From Dehalococcoidia bacterium (GTDB lineage Bacteria > Chloroflexota > Dehalococcoidia > Lucifugimonadales > G963668185): 64,000 nucleotides of DNA. Below are positions 1-9,100 of this stretch, piece by piece. The notes below the pieces were generated by a model. It was not told the origin of the DNA. It saw only the letters and a list, made by a program, of their open reading frames with translations, and made no database searches. The translations under genes and the position numbers were made by a program. The stretch's first letter is position 1; each line of letters opens with the position of its first letter. The DNA lies in contig OY764162.1 of the NCBI GenBank assembly GCA_963668185.1, positions 916,754-980,753 on the forward strand, read 5' to 3'.

Positions 1-13
1 GGAGTGGAGCGCA

Positions 14-748
14 TTGGATAATAACGAGGTATCGGACGAGATACTGGAACGCTACAAGCACATGGTGTCGGCGACGGTGTACACGTCGCTGTCCAGGATG
101 GGGTACGAGAACTGCGTCATCGAGGGCGTGAAGCCGTACACGCCGGGGCGGAAGCTGGTTTCAAGAGCGGTTACGTTGCGGTACCTGCCGATCCGGCCTG
201 ACCTGGTGGCGGAGATTCGCGGCGGAGAGGCGGGGTTCGCGGAGCCGAACAACCCGGACTCGCCTGAGTACGCGGCGATGGGTTCGTGCGGCCCGGGCTA
301 CACGCTGGTGGTCGATGCGATGGGCAAGCCTGCGGCGAACATCGGCGACGTGAAGTCGATCATGCTCAAGATGGTCAACGCGGACGGGTTCATCACGGAC
401 GGGTACATCCGGGACCTGGCTCCCATCCTGGACTACGGGTTCATCATCTACGCCGGCGGCAGGACGCCGAGGGCGGCGCGCGGCTACATGACGGAGTACG
501 CGGCGAACGTGGACATCCAGTGCGGCGGCACGCTGGTACGGCCGGGAGACCTGATCATCGGCGACGACGACGGCGTGGTCGTGGTGCCGAAGCAGCTTGC
601 GGTGCCGGTGCTGGAGTGGGCGGAGGAGCACGAGGCGGCTGAGCAGCGGATATTGGAGCTTGTCCAGAAGGAGAACGTGCCGCCGGGAACGTACTACCCG
701 CCGACGGACGCGTTCAAGGCGCGTATGCGCGAGGAGCAGGGGGCGTAG
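14..748 (+). CDS. RraA-family protein (RNase E regulator / HMG-aldolase-like fold)
   Basis: 244-aa ORF with a TTG start preceded by GGAGTGGAG. Motifs 'FITDGYIRD' and 'GDLIIGDDDGVVVVP' match my recollection of the RraA/HMG aldolase family. Confidence 0.6.
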   Translation: MDNNEVSDEILERYKHMVSATVYTSLSRMGYENCVIEGVKPYTPGRKLVSRAVTLRYLPIRPDLVAEIRGGEAGFAEPNNPDSPEYAAMGSCGPGYTLVVDAMGKPAANIGDVKSIMLKMVNADGFITDGYIRDLAPILDYGFIIYAGGRTPRAARGYMTEYAANVDIQCGGTLVRPGDLIIGDDDGVVVVPKQLAVPVLEWAEEHEAAEQRILELVQKENVPPGTYYPPTDAFKARMREEQGA

Positions 749-749
749 G

Positions 750-1115
750 GGCGGTCGCGGGCAGGCCCTTCGACAGGCTCAGGGCGAACGGGTTTGGGGC
801 GGCGAACGTACGGCAAGGCCCTTCCACGGGCTCAGGGCGAACGGGGAAGGTCGGGTTTGAAACCCGACCATACGGCGTGGGTGCGGGGCGGGCGCGTTGG
901 CAGAGGGCGCGGCCAGGGCCGTTCGCGAACGGCCCCTACGGTAGGCCCTTCGACGGGCTCAGGGCGAACGGAAGGCCCCGCATACCACCCCTCCCACCCT
1001 CACCCTCAAGGGAGAGGGGACAGTCAAGGTACGTGTGCGGTTACATACGCCGCCGATGCAGCGTTGCGGCGGATGGATTCCCGCCTGCGCGGGAATGACG
1101 GCATCGGCGAGGGCG
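750..1115. repeat. Cluster of GC-rich palindromic REP-like elements (several families)
   Basis: Three copies of ggcccttc[gc]ac[ag]ggctcagggcgaacgg (764-791, 817-844, 944-971). Palindromes ggtcgggtttgaaacccgacc (849-869) and gggccgttcgcgaacggcccc (916-936). One ggattcccgcctgcgcgggaatgac (1075-1099). Confidence 0.85.
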
Positions 1116-1119
1116 CGGG

Positions 1120-2475
1120 TTAGCCGACTTTGGCGGATACCTCGCCGATGGATTCGTTGAGCGCGCGGACTATGAAGTCGACCTCTTCGCGGGTGACGCA
1201 GAGCGGCGGGGCCAGCCAGACGTGGTCGCCGCGCTGGCGCGTCAGCAGCTGGCGCTCCAACAGCAGGGGCGTGAGCTTGTCGCCGATGTCGTCGTCCTTG
1301 CCGAATTTCTCCTTGGTGTCGCGGTCCTTGACCAGTTCGATGCCGAAGAACAGGCCCAGGCCGCCGTTGATGTTGCCGACGATGGGGTGCTCGTACAGCA
1401 CCTGAAGCTGGTCGTACAAGTAGCTGCCCATCTCGGCGGAGTTCTCGACCATGTTTTCGCCGATCATGATGTCCAAGTTCGCCAGCGCCGCCGCCGCGGA
1501 CAGAGGGTTGCCGCCGAAGGTGATCAGGTGGCTGAACATCTTCTCCCGTTCGCCGATGAACGTGTCCGCGACCGCCTTGCTGGCGATCGTGCCGCCGATG
1601 GGGGCGTAGCCGCTGGACAGGCCCTTGGCCACGGTCATGATGTCCGGCTTGAGGTCCCAGTGCTCCGAGGCGAACATCTTGCCGGTCCTGCCGAAGCCGG
1701 TTATGACTTCGTCGGCAATCAGCAGAACGTCGTTGTCGTCGCAGATCTTGCGGATGGTGGGCCAGTAGTCGGGGTGCGGTATCTGCACCTGCGAAGACGA
1801 GACCGGCTCGCCGATGAAGGCGGCTACGGTGTCGGGCCCTTCGTGCTGGATGGCCCTGTCCACGTCGTTCGCGCACTCCAGCGAGCACTCGGACTGGTTG
1901 CTGCAATAGACGCAGCGGTACTCGTACGGCTGCGTGATATGGATGTTGCCGGGCAGCATGGGGCCGAACGACTTCTCGACGTAGCCGCCCTGTCCGAGGC
2001 TGGCGGCGGCGAAGGTCGCGCCGTGGTAGGAGCCGCGGCGGCTTATGATCTTGAACTTTCCGCCGTTGCCGCGGAGCTTGTGGTACTGGCGGGCCATCTT
2101 CAGCGCGGTCTCCACGGCCTCGGAGCCGCCGCTGGACAGGAACACGCGCGACTCCTTGTCGGGCGCGAGGTTCGCGACCTTGTCGGCGAGCCGGATCGTG
2201 GGCTCGGTGGTAGTGTTCTCCGGCGCGTAGGTGATGTGCTGCATCTGCTCGTACACTGCGTCGGCGACCTCGGGGCGGCCGTAGCCGATGTTGGCGAGCC
2301 ACATGCCGGAGAGCACGTCTATGTACTCGCGGCCCTGTACGTCGGTTACCCAGATGCCCTTGCCGTCGGCGATGACGTGAAGGCCGTCCGGCTTGTCGAA
2401 GTCGGCGACCTGCTGGGCGTGGGGCCAGAAGTGGTCCCTGGCCATCTGCCTGAGTTCGTCGAAGTTGGTGGTCAT
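1120..2475 (-). CDS. Class-III (omega) pyridoxal-phosphate aminotransferase
   Basis: 451-aa ORF. Family-typical 'LLIADEVITGFGRTGKMFA' and 'DIMTVAKGLSSGYAPIG' (PLP-lysine region), with an N-terminal 'HFWPH' motif. Confidence 0.85.
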   Translation of the reverse strand: MTTNFDELRQMARDHFWPHAQQVADFDKPDGLHVIADGKGIWVTDVQGREYIDVLSGMWLANIGYGRPEVADAVYEQMQHITYAPENTTTEPTIRLADKVANLAPDKESRVFLSSGGSEAVETALKMARQYHKLRGNGGKFKIISRRGSYHGATFAAASLGQGGYVEKSFGPMLPGNIHITQPYEYRCVYCSNQSECSLECANDVDRAIQHEGPDTVAAFIGEPVSSSQVQIPHPDYWPTIRKICDDNDVLLIADEVITGFGRTGKMFASEHWDLKPDIMTVAKGLSSGYAPIGGTIASKAVADTFIGEREKMFSHLITFGGNPLSAAAALANLDIMIGENMVENSAEMGSYLYDQLQVLYEHPIVGNINGGLGLFFGIELVKDRDTKEKFGKDDDIGDKLTPLLLERQLLTRQRGDHVWLAPPLCVTREEVDFIVRALNESIGEVSAKVG

Positions 2476-2519
2476 GTGCTGCTCCTTAGCTTACGGGGTG
2501 CCAGTGCTTCACGGTACTA

Positions 2520-2634
2520 GGCGGCGCGGTGCTTGGCAAGCCGGAGGGAGAGGCCCTTCGACATGCTCAGGGCGAACGGGGGCGGGCGGTTCGCGAACCG
2601 CCCCTACGGTTGGGTCAGGGCGAACGGACGAACT
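2520..2634. repeat. REP-like element cluster
   Basis: Contains ggcccttcgacatgctcagggcgaacgg, the palindrome gggcggttcgcgaaccgcccc and a second cagggcgaacgg. These are the same families as at 750-1115. Confidence 0.8.
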
Positions 2635-2871
2635 TCAATTCGCTTTGGCTTTAAGGGGAGCGGTCGTAGGCGCTATCGGCTCGATTCCAAGGTCAGCGCA
2701 ACCTTCAAGGTAAACGTCGATTGAGATTTCGAACTCTCTCTTGATGCCTTCTACGTCAGTCGCCTCGGCGTTTGCGACAGGGTAGGGCCCGCTGTTGATT
2801 ACCCTGGCGTGCAGTACCTCGGCTTCCTCATCATAAGTGACCTCGCCGATGTAGCCTTTGTACTTCAGCAT
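2635..2871 (-). CDS. hicB: HicB-family antitoxin, N-terminal fold only (apparently lacks the C-terminal DNA-binding domain)
   Basis: 78 aa. 'MLKYKGYIGEVTYDEEAEVLHARV...IKREFEISIDVYLEGCADLGIEP' matches the HicB N-terminal pattern. The start overlaps the upstream stop (TGATG). The ORF ends where the REP cluster begins. Confidence 0.6.
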   Translation of the reverse strand: MLKYKGYIGEVTYDEEAEVLHARVINSGPYPVANAEATDVEGIKREFEISIDVYLEGCADLGIEPIAPTTAPLKAKAN

Positions 2872-3122
2872 CAGATGTCCCCCGTGCGTTCGATGAACCT
2901 TGCGATGTCACGGACGGTATCGCGTCGCGTTTCGGGTCGAGGGTGGGGTCTGTGAATCACGATAGAGTTGGCTCCTTTGACCAACTGTACTCTAGAGCCG
3001 GCTCGTTCGATTAACCGGATTCCTAGCGCGGTCAACAGAGATTCAATCTCCGCCCACCTGACATCCGCAGGTGTGGGTGTCGCTCTCATCCGCTCCAGCG
3101 TCCGGCGGTGCCGCCTCCGCAT
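2871..3122 (-). CDS. hicA: HicA-like toxin (short form of the 137-aa track ORF)
   Basis: Core 'HRRTLERMRATPTPADVRWAEIESLLTALGIRLIERAGSRVQLV...IVIHRPHPRPE' resembles the HicA-like family found upstream of hicB. Met55 of the track ORF was chosen as start, because the longer N-terminus runs into the IS end. Confidence 0.5.
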   Translation of the reverse strand: MRRRHRRTLERMRATPTPADVRWAEIESLLTALGIRLIERAGSRVQLVKGANSIVIHRPHPRPETRRDTVRDIARFIERTGDI

Positions 3123-3154
3123 TCTACGTGTGCTTCGAGGCTCGGACAAGACAG

Positions 3155-4285
3155 TGTACTCGTTCAGTACATATGGGACAGTTTTGGCGAGACCATGTCC
3201 GGGTGGTGATGCTGAAGATACTCGGCCGGAGTGCGCCCGTCCAGTGAGTGGTGTGGGCGGACAGTGTCGTATAGGCGCTCCCATTCCAGAAGCGCTCTGT
3301 TGAGTGGCGCCATCTCGAGGTCGCCGTCATACAGTTCGTAGAACTCCTCAGTGTGGGTACGCTGCGCCCTCTCTACGTGGCCATTGAGCTTCGGGGATCG
3401 CGGCGGCAACACAAACAGTCTGATCCCGTAGTCCCGGCACGCTGCCTCGAACTCAGCCATGAACTCAGAACCCCCATCGACCTGCACCGCCTTGATCGGA
3501 AACGGAAAGCGCCGACGCATTGAGTCCAGGAACCGCGCCGCCAACGTCGACGTGGCTCGCGTGTGTACCTCGATCACGTCCCACCGCGACACCACATCCC
3601 TCGCAGTGAAGTGCTTGAGCACCATACCCGGAAGGGGGCGGACATCCAGCGTGTCCACCTGCACTATGTCGCCCGGATTGACGGCCTGGTACTCCCTGGG
3701 CTTGCGCACCGCATAGGGACGGGCACGGGCGCGCTTACGCGCCGCTACACCCTGTCGCGGAGGTTCCTTGAGTACGCCGCGAACCTTCAGACTGGCCAGG
3801 ATGCGGCCCACCATCGAAGTGGACACCTGCCAGCCCTCTCGCCTCAGCATCACCACCAACTTGTCCTTGCCCCAGCATGGATACCGCTCCCTCATCTCCA
3901 TCACCGCCTCGGCCAACTCCACGCTCCACGTAGGACCGCGTACCCTGTGAGGACGACGGCTCTTGGCACACAGGCCGGCCGGTCCCTCTTCCCTCAGCGC
4001 CCTGTCCCACCTGTACAGCGTCGAGCGGGCCATGCCCAATGCTTCAGCCGCTTCGGAGCCGGACAGTCCCCGCCGTCTCAGCGCCTGCCAGCAGTTCACC
4101 ATGCGCAATCGCTCCTGCGCTTCGGCAGGCAGGTCTGTCAGTGTAGCCTTGGCAAGCTGGTAGAATGGCTTGGGTAGACCTACTACCCGCATACAGGGAC
4201 CTCCTTGGTTTGTCTCACCCAAAGGATGGTCCCTTTCTCTTTCCCTTACAACTCCCCCTGTCTCACATCTATCTGAACGAGTTCA
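3155..4285 (-). mobile_element. IS481-family insertion sequence (about 1.13 kb)
   Basis: Single transposase ORF flanked by imperfect ~27-bp inverted repeats. Left is TGTACTCGTTCAGTACATATGGGACAG (3155-3181). The reverse complement of 4259-4285 is TGAACTCGTTCAGATAGATGTGAGACA. The 5'-TG(T/A) terminus is typical of IS481. Confidence 0.7.
3164..4222 (-). CDS. IS481-family DDE transposase (HTH + rve integrase core)
   Basis: 352 aa. N-terminal HTH 'MARSTLYRW'. Integrase core 'VQVDT...', 'VQVDGGSEF' and 'PPRSPKLNGHVERAQRT' (DDE with the family-typical spacing). Confidence 0.85.
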   Translation of the reverse strand: MGETNQGGPCMRVVGLPKPFYQLAKATLTDLPAEAQERLRMVNCWQALRRRGLSGSEAAEALGMARSTLYRWDRALREEGPAGLCAKSRRPHRVRGPTWSVELAEAVMEMRERYPCWGKDKLVVMLRREGWQVSTSMVGRILASLKVRGVLKEPPRQGVAARKRARARPYAVRKPREYQAVNPGDIVQVDTLDVRPLPGMVLKHFTARDVVSRWDVIEVHTRATSTLAARFLDSMRRRFPFPIKAVQVDGGSEFMAEFEAACRDYGIRLFVLPPRSPKLNGHVERAQRTHTEEFYELYDGDLEMAPLNRALLEWERLYDTVRPHHSLDGRTPAEYLQHHHPDMVSPKLSHMY

Positions 4286-4376
4286 TAGGACGCAATGTTA
4301 TGCGTGGGACGCGCCGTCAGCAGATTGTACTCGTTCAGCAATACGGAGGCACTACCCACACTTAAGGAACCCCTAT

Positions 4377-4943
4377 TCACCCGTTCGCCAGAGGGAGATA
4401 TGCCAGCCTGTCATACACTGCCCCGCCCTGAGACAGAGTGCTGCGCATCAGGCTCAAGCCCTCGACTGCAAAGCGCCCCTCCTCTTCGGAAGCGATGCAA
4501 CGCACGTGGTCCAGCGCTGCCCGCACTGTCGAGGCCGGCGCATTTGCTCTGAACCTCGCAACGGTGACGTGCGGCCTGAATCGAGGGCGCATGTCTTTGG
4601 GGAATCCTGCCTGCTCCATCGACCTCTCAACAGCGTCACGCAGCAACTGAAGCGCTTCGATTTCGCCGTCCAGGCCGACCCAAAGCACGCGCGGCCTCCT
4701 CTTCCCCGGATACACGCCGCCGCCAACCGCGTGCAGCCGTATGTGTGAGAACCCTTCGCCGGCATGAGAGAGCGCGATTGTCGCATCGGAAGCAGCACGG
4801 TCCGGCATCTCGCCCAGAAACTTGACCGTGAGATGCAGCCTATCCGGGTGCACGGGCCTCAGTCCCGGCAACGAAGCGTCAAGCAGCGGCGCCATCCTTC
4901 GAGCGAGGAAACTCCGGACCTTCTCCGGGAGCTCAATCGCCAC
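4377..4943 (-). CDS. thpR: RNA 2',3'-cyclic phosphodiesterase (2H phosphoesterase, LigT/ThpR)
   Basis: 188 aa with the two HxT motifs 'HLTVKF' and 'HVTVAR' at the expected spacing. Confidence 0.85.
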   Translation of the reverse strand: MAIELPEKVRSFLARRMAPLLDASLPGLRPVHPDRLHLTVKFLGEMPDRAASDATIALSHAGEGFSHIRLHAVGGGVYPGKRRPRVLWVGLDGEIEALQLLRDAVERSMEQAGFPKDMRPRFRPHVTVARFRANAPASTVRAALDHVRCIASEEEGRFAVEGLSLMRSTLSQGGAVYDRLAYLPLANG

Positions 4944-4951
4944 AAAGGCTC

Positions 4952-5497
4952 TCAGGACTCTTTCCCCGACTTCTTGAGGTCTTCAGAAAGGCGTTTGAGA
5001 CGAATGAACCAGCCTGTGATGTCTTCCAGGGAGTAAGCGGCGTTTGCCGGGCTGGGGCTCGGCGCCAGGAAGACCCGCGATTCGAGTATCCGCCAGCACT
5101 GCAGGCCAAGCGTTACTTTTGTGCGCTCCGCGCGAGCGTACCTCGCGTAGTTCCTGCACGCCACCACGCCCAGGAAACAGACGATCGCCGGGCCGAATCT
5201 TACGATCTTGTCTGTGAACGGCGCGACAGACCGGCGAAAGTCGGACGCGGTCAAGCCAGACACGCCACGCGAAGGACGCTTAACCAGGTCCGTCAGTCCG
5301 ATCCCGTGCCGCAACACCCGCTCGTCAGTTTGCGCTGTCAGATCTTCGTTCACCAGGCCACTTTCGTTGAGCGCCGGCCAGAACCGGTTTCGCGGCGATG
5401 CGAAGTAGTGTCCGGCCTTCACAGAGCTCAGCCCAGGGTTGATTCCCACGAACAGGATGTCCAGTCCGGGCTGCAGGTAGTCAGGGAGAGTCTTCAC
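4952..5497 (-). CDS. mug: G/U mismatch-specific uracil-DNA glycosylase (UDG family 2, Mug-like)
   Basis: 181 aa. 'ILFVGINPGLSS...GHYFASPRNRFW' matches the Mug/TDG active-site motif GINPG. Confidence 0.8.
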   Translation of the reverse strand: MKTLPDYLQPGLDILFVGINPGLSSVKAGHYFASPRNRFWPALNESGLVNEDLTAQTDERVLRHGIGLTDLVKRPSRGVSGLTASDFRRSVAPFTDKIVRFGPAIVCFLGVVACRNYARYARAERTKVTLGLQCWRILESRVFLAPSPSPANAAYSLEDITGWFIRLKRLSEDLKKSGKES

Positions 5498-5537
5498 CTG
5501 GTTGCCGCCGAGGGTATGGGCCTGCCTTGCAGGTCTG

Positions 5538-8500
5538 CTATCTTCCCGCCAGGTAATCGGCCATGGGCTTCACGTTGTAGCTGGTCGCCGCATCGGTCAG
5601 CGCCTCCACTGCCGCCCGCGCCGTATCCGGTGACGTGAAGCAGGGGATGCGACGCTCCACGGCCGCCCTGCGAATATGGAAACCGTCCTGCAACGTCTCG
5701 CGGTCGCCGGTCACCGTGTTCACCACCGCGGTGACCGTCCCGTCCATGATAATGTCGACCACGTTCGGGTGGCCTTCGTTCAGCTTCTTGGGCACGGAGA
5801 CTATCGGGATCCCAAGTCCTTCGATCATGGCGGCCGTTCCCTCAGTGGCATAGAGACTGTACCCCGCATCTGCGAGGCCTCGAATGAGGGGAAGGGACGC
5901 CGCCTTGTCGCGGTCGGCAATGCTGAGCAGCACGGAGCCCTCCTCCGGCAGCATCATGTCCGCCGCCATGAACGCCTTTGTCGCTGCTGGGCCGAACTCG
6001 TAGTCAACGCCCATCGCCTCGCCCGTTGACTTCATCTCCGGGCCGAGGTAGGTGTCCACACCCGTCAGTTTGGACATGGAGAACACAGGGGCCTTCACCC
6101 CGACCAGCTTCCGGCGCTTCCACAGGCCGCCCTCGTATCCCTGCTCGCGCAGGCTGTGGCCAAGCATGGCGTTGATCGCCAGCCTGACCATCGGCACGCC
6201 GGTGAGCTTCGAGATGAAGGGGATCGTCCTGCTGGCCCGTGGGTTGACCTCGATGATGTAAACGCTGGCCGGCTGGCCGTCCGCCCGTAAGCGTTCGTCA
6301 TTCGGGCTTCGATACGAGTCTCCGCCGACAAGGACGAACTGGATGTTCATCAGGCCGTGCACGTCTAACCCCAGCCCTATGCGAGTGGTATAGTCGACGA
6401 TCGTGTCCACTTCTTCCGGCGTCAGAGTGAGGCCGGGATATATCGCCATCGAGTCTCCGCTGTGGACGCCCGCGCGCTCCACGTGCTCCATGATCCCCGG
6501 GATGAGGACCGCCTCCCCGTCGCACACCGCGTCGACCTCCACCTCGCGCCCTTCGAAGTACTTGTCGATCAGCACCCTCCGGCCTCCTCCGGCCTCGAAC
6601 GCCCCGGACATGTACTTCACCAACTCGGTAGCATTCTGCACGATCTCCATGGCCCGGCCACCAAGAACATAGCTCGGCCTAACCAGAATTGGATAACCGA
6701 CCTCCTGTGCCACGTTGAGCGCCTGCTCCAGGTTCGACACCGCCGCACCGGGCGGGTTTGGGATGCCCACACGCGCCAGGAACTCCTCAAAAAGATGCCT
6801 GTCCGAGGCCATGTCGATCGTACGCGCGGATGACCCCAAAATCGGCAACCCGGCAGAATCCAACGACTGGGACAGGTTGATCGCCGTCTGCCCTCCGAAC
6901 TGCACGATTGAAGGCGGCACGGCCAGGTCGTCCCCGGACTCTGCGACTGCCTCGTTCTCCAGGATGTCCCGCACACTCTCTTCGTCCAGCGGCTCGAAGT
7001 AGAGCCGGTCGCTCGTATCGAAGTCGGTCGACACCGTCTCGGGGTTGGAGTTGACGACAACGCTCCCCAAGCCTGCGTCTCTGAGCGCCCAAGCGGCGTG
7101 CACGGAACTGTAGTCGAACTCGATGCCCTGGCCGATTCTTATCGGACCGCTGCCCACGACCACCGCCTTCTGGCCCGGCATCGGCGCTGCCTCGTTCTCT
7201 TGCTCGTACGCGCTGTAGTAGTACGGCGTCTGAGCCTCGAACTCCGCCGCGCACGTGTCCACCATCTTGTACACGGGCCGGATTCCCCACCTGCCGCGCA
7301 GCTTCCTTACCTCATCCTTCGTCCGGTCGGTAAGCAGCGCCACCTTCTCGTCCGAGAAACCGAGCCGCTTTGCTTCCAACAGGGTTCCTTCATCGAGAGT
7401 CCCGGTGATGAGCCGCTGTTCCATGTCCGTAATGTTCTTGAACGCGTACGTGAACCACGGGTCAATGCCGGTAAGGCGCGACATCTCCTCCGGCGACGCT
7501 CCTTGGCGCAGTCCGGACATTACGGCCCACAGCCGCTCGTCATGAGAGTCGAGCGGCAGGCCTGACAGAGAGGCGCCGTTCCTCCAGGCCGGTTCCTCCC
7601 ACAGGATCGATCTGTTCGTGATCTCAAGCGACCGCACCGCCTTCTGAAACGCCGCCTCGAACGTACGCCCTATGGCCATGACCTCGCCCGTGGCCTTCAT
7701 CTGCGTGCCGAGCGACCGGTCCCCGCTGGGGAACTTGTCGAACGGCCAGCGCGGGATCTTGACGACGCAGTAGTCAAGCGCGGGCTCGAACGAGGCCACA
7801 GTCTTTTGGGTTACCGCGTTCGGAATATCGTCGAGTCGCCGGCCGGCCGCGATCTTCGCCGCAACTCGCGCAATCGGGTAGCCGGTGGCCTTGCTCGCCA
7901 GCGCCGAACTTCGACTCACCCTGGGATTGACCTCGATCACGTAGTAGGAGCTGTCCGCCTCGCTGCCCGGAAGCGTGTCCCCCACGATCCGGTTCGGCTC
8001 CAGCGCGAACTGGATGTTGCAGCCGCCCTCAATCCTGAGGGCGCGGATGATACGCAGGCTGGCCGACCTGAGCATCTGGTACTCCTTGTCGGAAAGCGTC
8101 TGGCTGGGCGCCACCACAATGCTGTCCCCCGTATGCGTCCCCATCGGGTCGATGTTTTCCATGTTGCAGACCGTGATGCAGTTGTCCGCGCCGTCCCGCA
8201 TCACTTCGTACTCGAGCTCCTTCCACCCCACAAGCGACTTCTCGATCAGCGCCTGGCTGATCGGGCTGGCCGCCAGCCCGCCCGACACGATCGCCTCGAA
8301 CTCCTCCTCTGTGGACGCGATGCCGCCGCCTGTGCCTCCCAGCGTGTACGCCGGCCGCACGACCAGTGGTAGCCCCAGCCGTTCGAGCGTATCTCTTGCC
8401 TCCTCCATTGAGTGCACGGTGGCGCTCGGCGGTACGGGTTCTCCCAAGTCAAGCAGCAGTTGCCTGAACAGGTCTCTGTCTTCGGCCTGCTTGATCGTCT

Positions 8501-8855
8501 CCAGCCGTGTACCCAGTAGGCGGACGCCGTACCTGTCGAGGACGCCCGCTTCCGCAAGCTCCACCGCAAGGTTGAGGCCGGTCTGGCCGCCCAGGGTAGG
8601 CAGCAGGCCGTCCGGCTCCTCAGCCTGGATGACCCGCTCCAGCACTGCGGCGCTGAGCGGCTCTATGTACACCACGTCGGCGATGCCCTCGTCCGTCATG
8701 ATCGTGGCCGGGTTGGAGTTGACGAGCACCGTTGTGACGCCCTCTTCCCGGAGCGACTTGCAAGCCTGCGTGCCGGCGTAGTCGAACTCGGCCGCCTGCC
8801 CGATCACAATCGGCCCAGACCCGATCACAAGGACTTTGGAGGGCTTGGAAATCAC
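5538..8855 (-). CDS. carB: Carbamoyl-phosphate synthase large subunit
   Basis: Unmistakable CarB sequence with two ATP-grasp halves ('[21 protein letters not shown]', '[19 protein letters not shown]') and an MGS-like C-terminus. The start is set at GTG 8855 ('[14 protein letters not shown]'), which overlaps the upstream stop as GTGA. The track's 8921 start adds a basic non-homologous leader. Confidence 0.95.
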   Translation of the reverse strand: MISKPSKVLVIGSGPIVIGQAAEFDYAGTQACKSLREEGVTTVLVNSNPATIMTDEGIADVVYIEPLSAAVLERVIQAEEPDGLLPTLGGQTGLNLAVELAEAGVLDRYGVRLLGTRLETIKQAEDRDLFRQLLLDLGEPVPPSATVHSMEEARDTLERLGLPLVVRPAYTLGGTGGGIASTEEEFEAIVSGGLAASPISQALIEKSLVGWKELEYEVMRDGADNCITVCNMENIDPMGTHTGDSIVVAPSQTLSDKEYQMLRSASLRIIRALRIEGGCNIQFALEPNRIVGDTLPGSEADSSYYVIEVNPRVSRSSALASKATGYPIARVAAKIAAGRRLDDIPNAVTQKTVASFEPALDYCVVKIPRWPFDKFPSGDRSLGTQMKATGEVMAIGRTFEAAFQKAVRSLEITNRSILWEEPAWRNGASLSGLPLDSHDERLWAVMSGLRQGASPEEMSRLTGIDPWFTYAFKNITDMEQRLITGTLDEGTLLEAKRLGFSDEKVALLTDRTKDEVRKLRGRWGIRPVYKMVDTCAAEFEAQTPYYYSAYEQENEAAPMPGQKAVVVGSGPIRIGQGIEFDYSSVHAAWALRDAGLGSVVVNSNPETVSTDFDTSDRLYFEPLDEESVRDILENEAVAESGDDLAVPPSIVQFGGQTAINLSQSLDSAGLPILGSSARTIDMASDRHLFEEFLARVGIPNPPGAAVSNLEQALNVAQEVGYPILVRPSYVLGGRAMEIVQNATELVKYMSGAFEAGGGRRVLIDKYFEGREVEVDAVCDGEAVLIPGIMEHVERAGVHSGDSMAIYPGLTLTPEEVDTIVDYTTRIGLGLDVHGLMNIQFVLVGGDSYRSPNDERLRADGQPASVYIIEVNPRASRTIPFISKLTGVPMVRLAINAMLGHSLREQGYEGGLWKRRKLVGVKAPVFSMSKLTGVDTYLGPEMKSTGEAMGVDYEFGPAATKAFMAADMMLPEEGSVLLSIADRDKAASLPLIRGLADAGYSLYATEGTAAMIEGLGIPIVSVPKKLNEGHPNVVDIIMDGTVTAVVNTVTGDRETLQDGFHIRRAAVERRIPCFTSPDTARAAVEALTDAATSYNVKPMADYLAGR

Positions 8856-9076
8856 TGCTTCGTTACTTCCTCGATTTCTACGGTGATCTTTACGCCCTTT
8901 AGGTCGTAACCTTCCGACCATACTTCGTCAGCGCCTATCAACTCGTAAATCAGATCCTTGATCGACCGCATCGGATTGTCTCTACTGACCTCATCTTCAC
9001 TGCCGTTCCAGAGAATCACTCCTCTGTTCATTGGCCTAGCGCATCCGTTCTCGAACTCGTACTTTCTTAACAGCAT
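8852..9076 (-). CDS. Hypothetical 74-aa protein inserted between carA and carB
   Basis: ATG is preceded by AAGAGGAG at 7-nt spacing. The stop overlaps the carB GTG start (GTGA). Sampled GC is about 48% against much higher flanks. No motif recognised. Confidence 0.6.
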   Translation of the reverse strand: MLLRKYEFENGCARPMNRGVILWNGSEDEVSRDNPMRSIKDLIYELIGADEVWSEGYDLKGVKITVEIEEVTKQ

Positions 9077-9100
9077 CTATCGACTCCTCTTATCTAGCCA

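Noticed and set aside
794-1123. Small plus-strand ORFs (109 aa, 73 aa, 87 aa) after the RraA-like gene
   Set aside because: They are read-through of REP families A and B ('GLRANG', 'MDSRLRGNDG'). The same peptides recur wherever the repeats occur.
959-2520. 447-aa (minus) and 432-aa (plus) ORFs overlapping the aminotransferase gene
   Set aside because: These are alternative-frame or antisense shadows of the 1120-2475 class-III aminotransferase. Their composition is Arg/Gly/Pro-rich and they show no homology signals.
2871-3284. Full 137-aa version of the hicA-like ORF
   Set aside because: The N-terminal 54 aa overlap the IS481 terminal repeat and the transposase stop region and have no HicA similarity. 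A shorter form starting at 3122 was adopted.
4170-4748. 192-aa plus-strand ORF and neighbours over the thpR region
   Set aside because: It is antisense to the 2H-phosphoesterase gene, which has both HxT motifs, and it shows no motifs or RBS.
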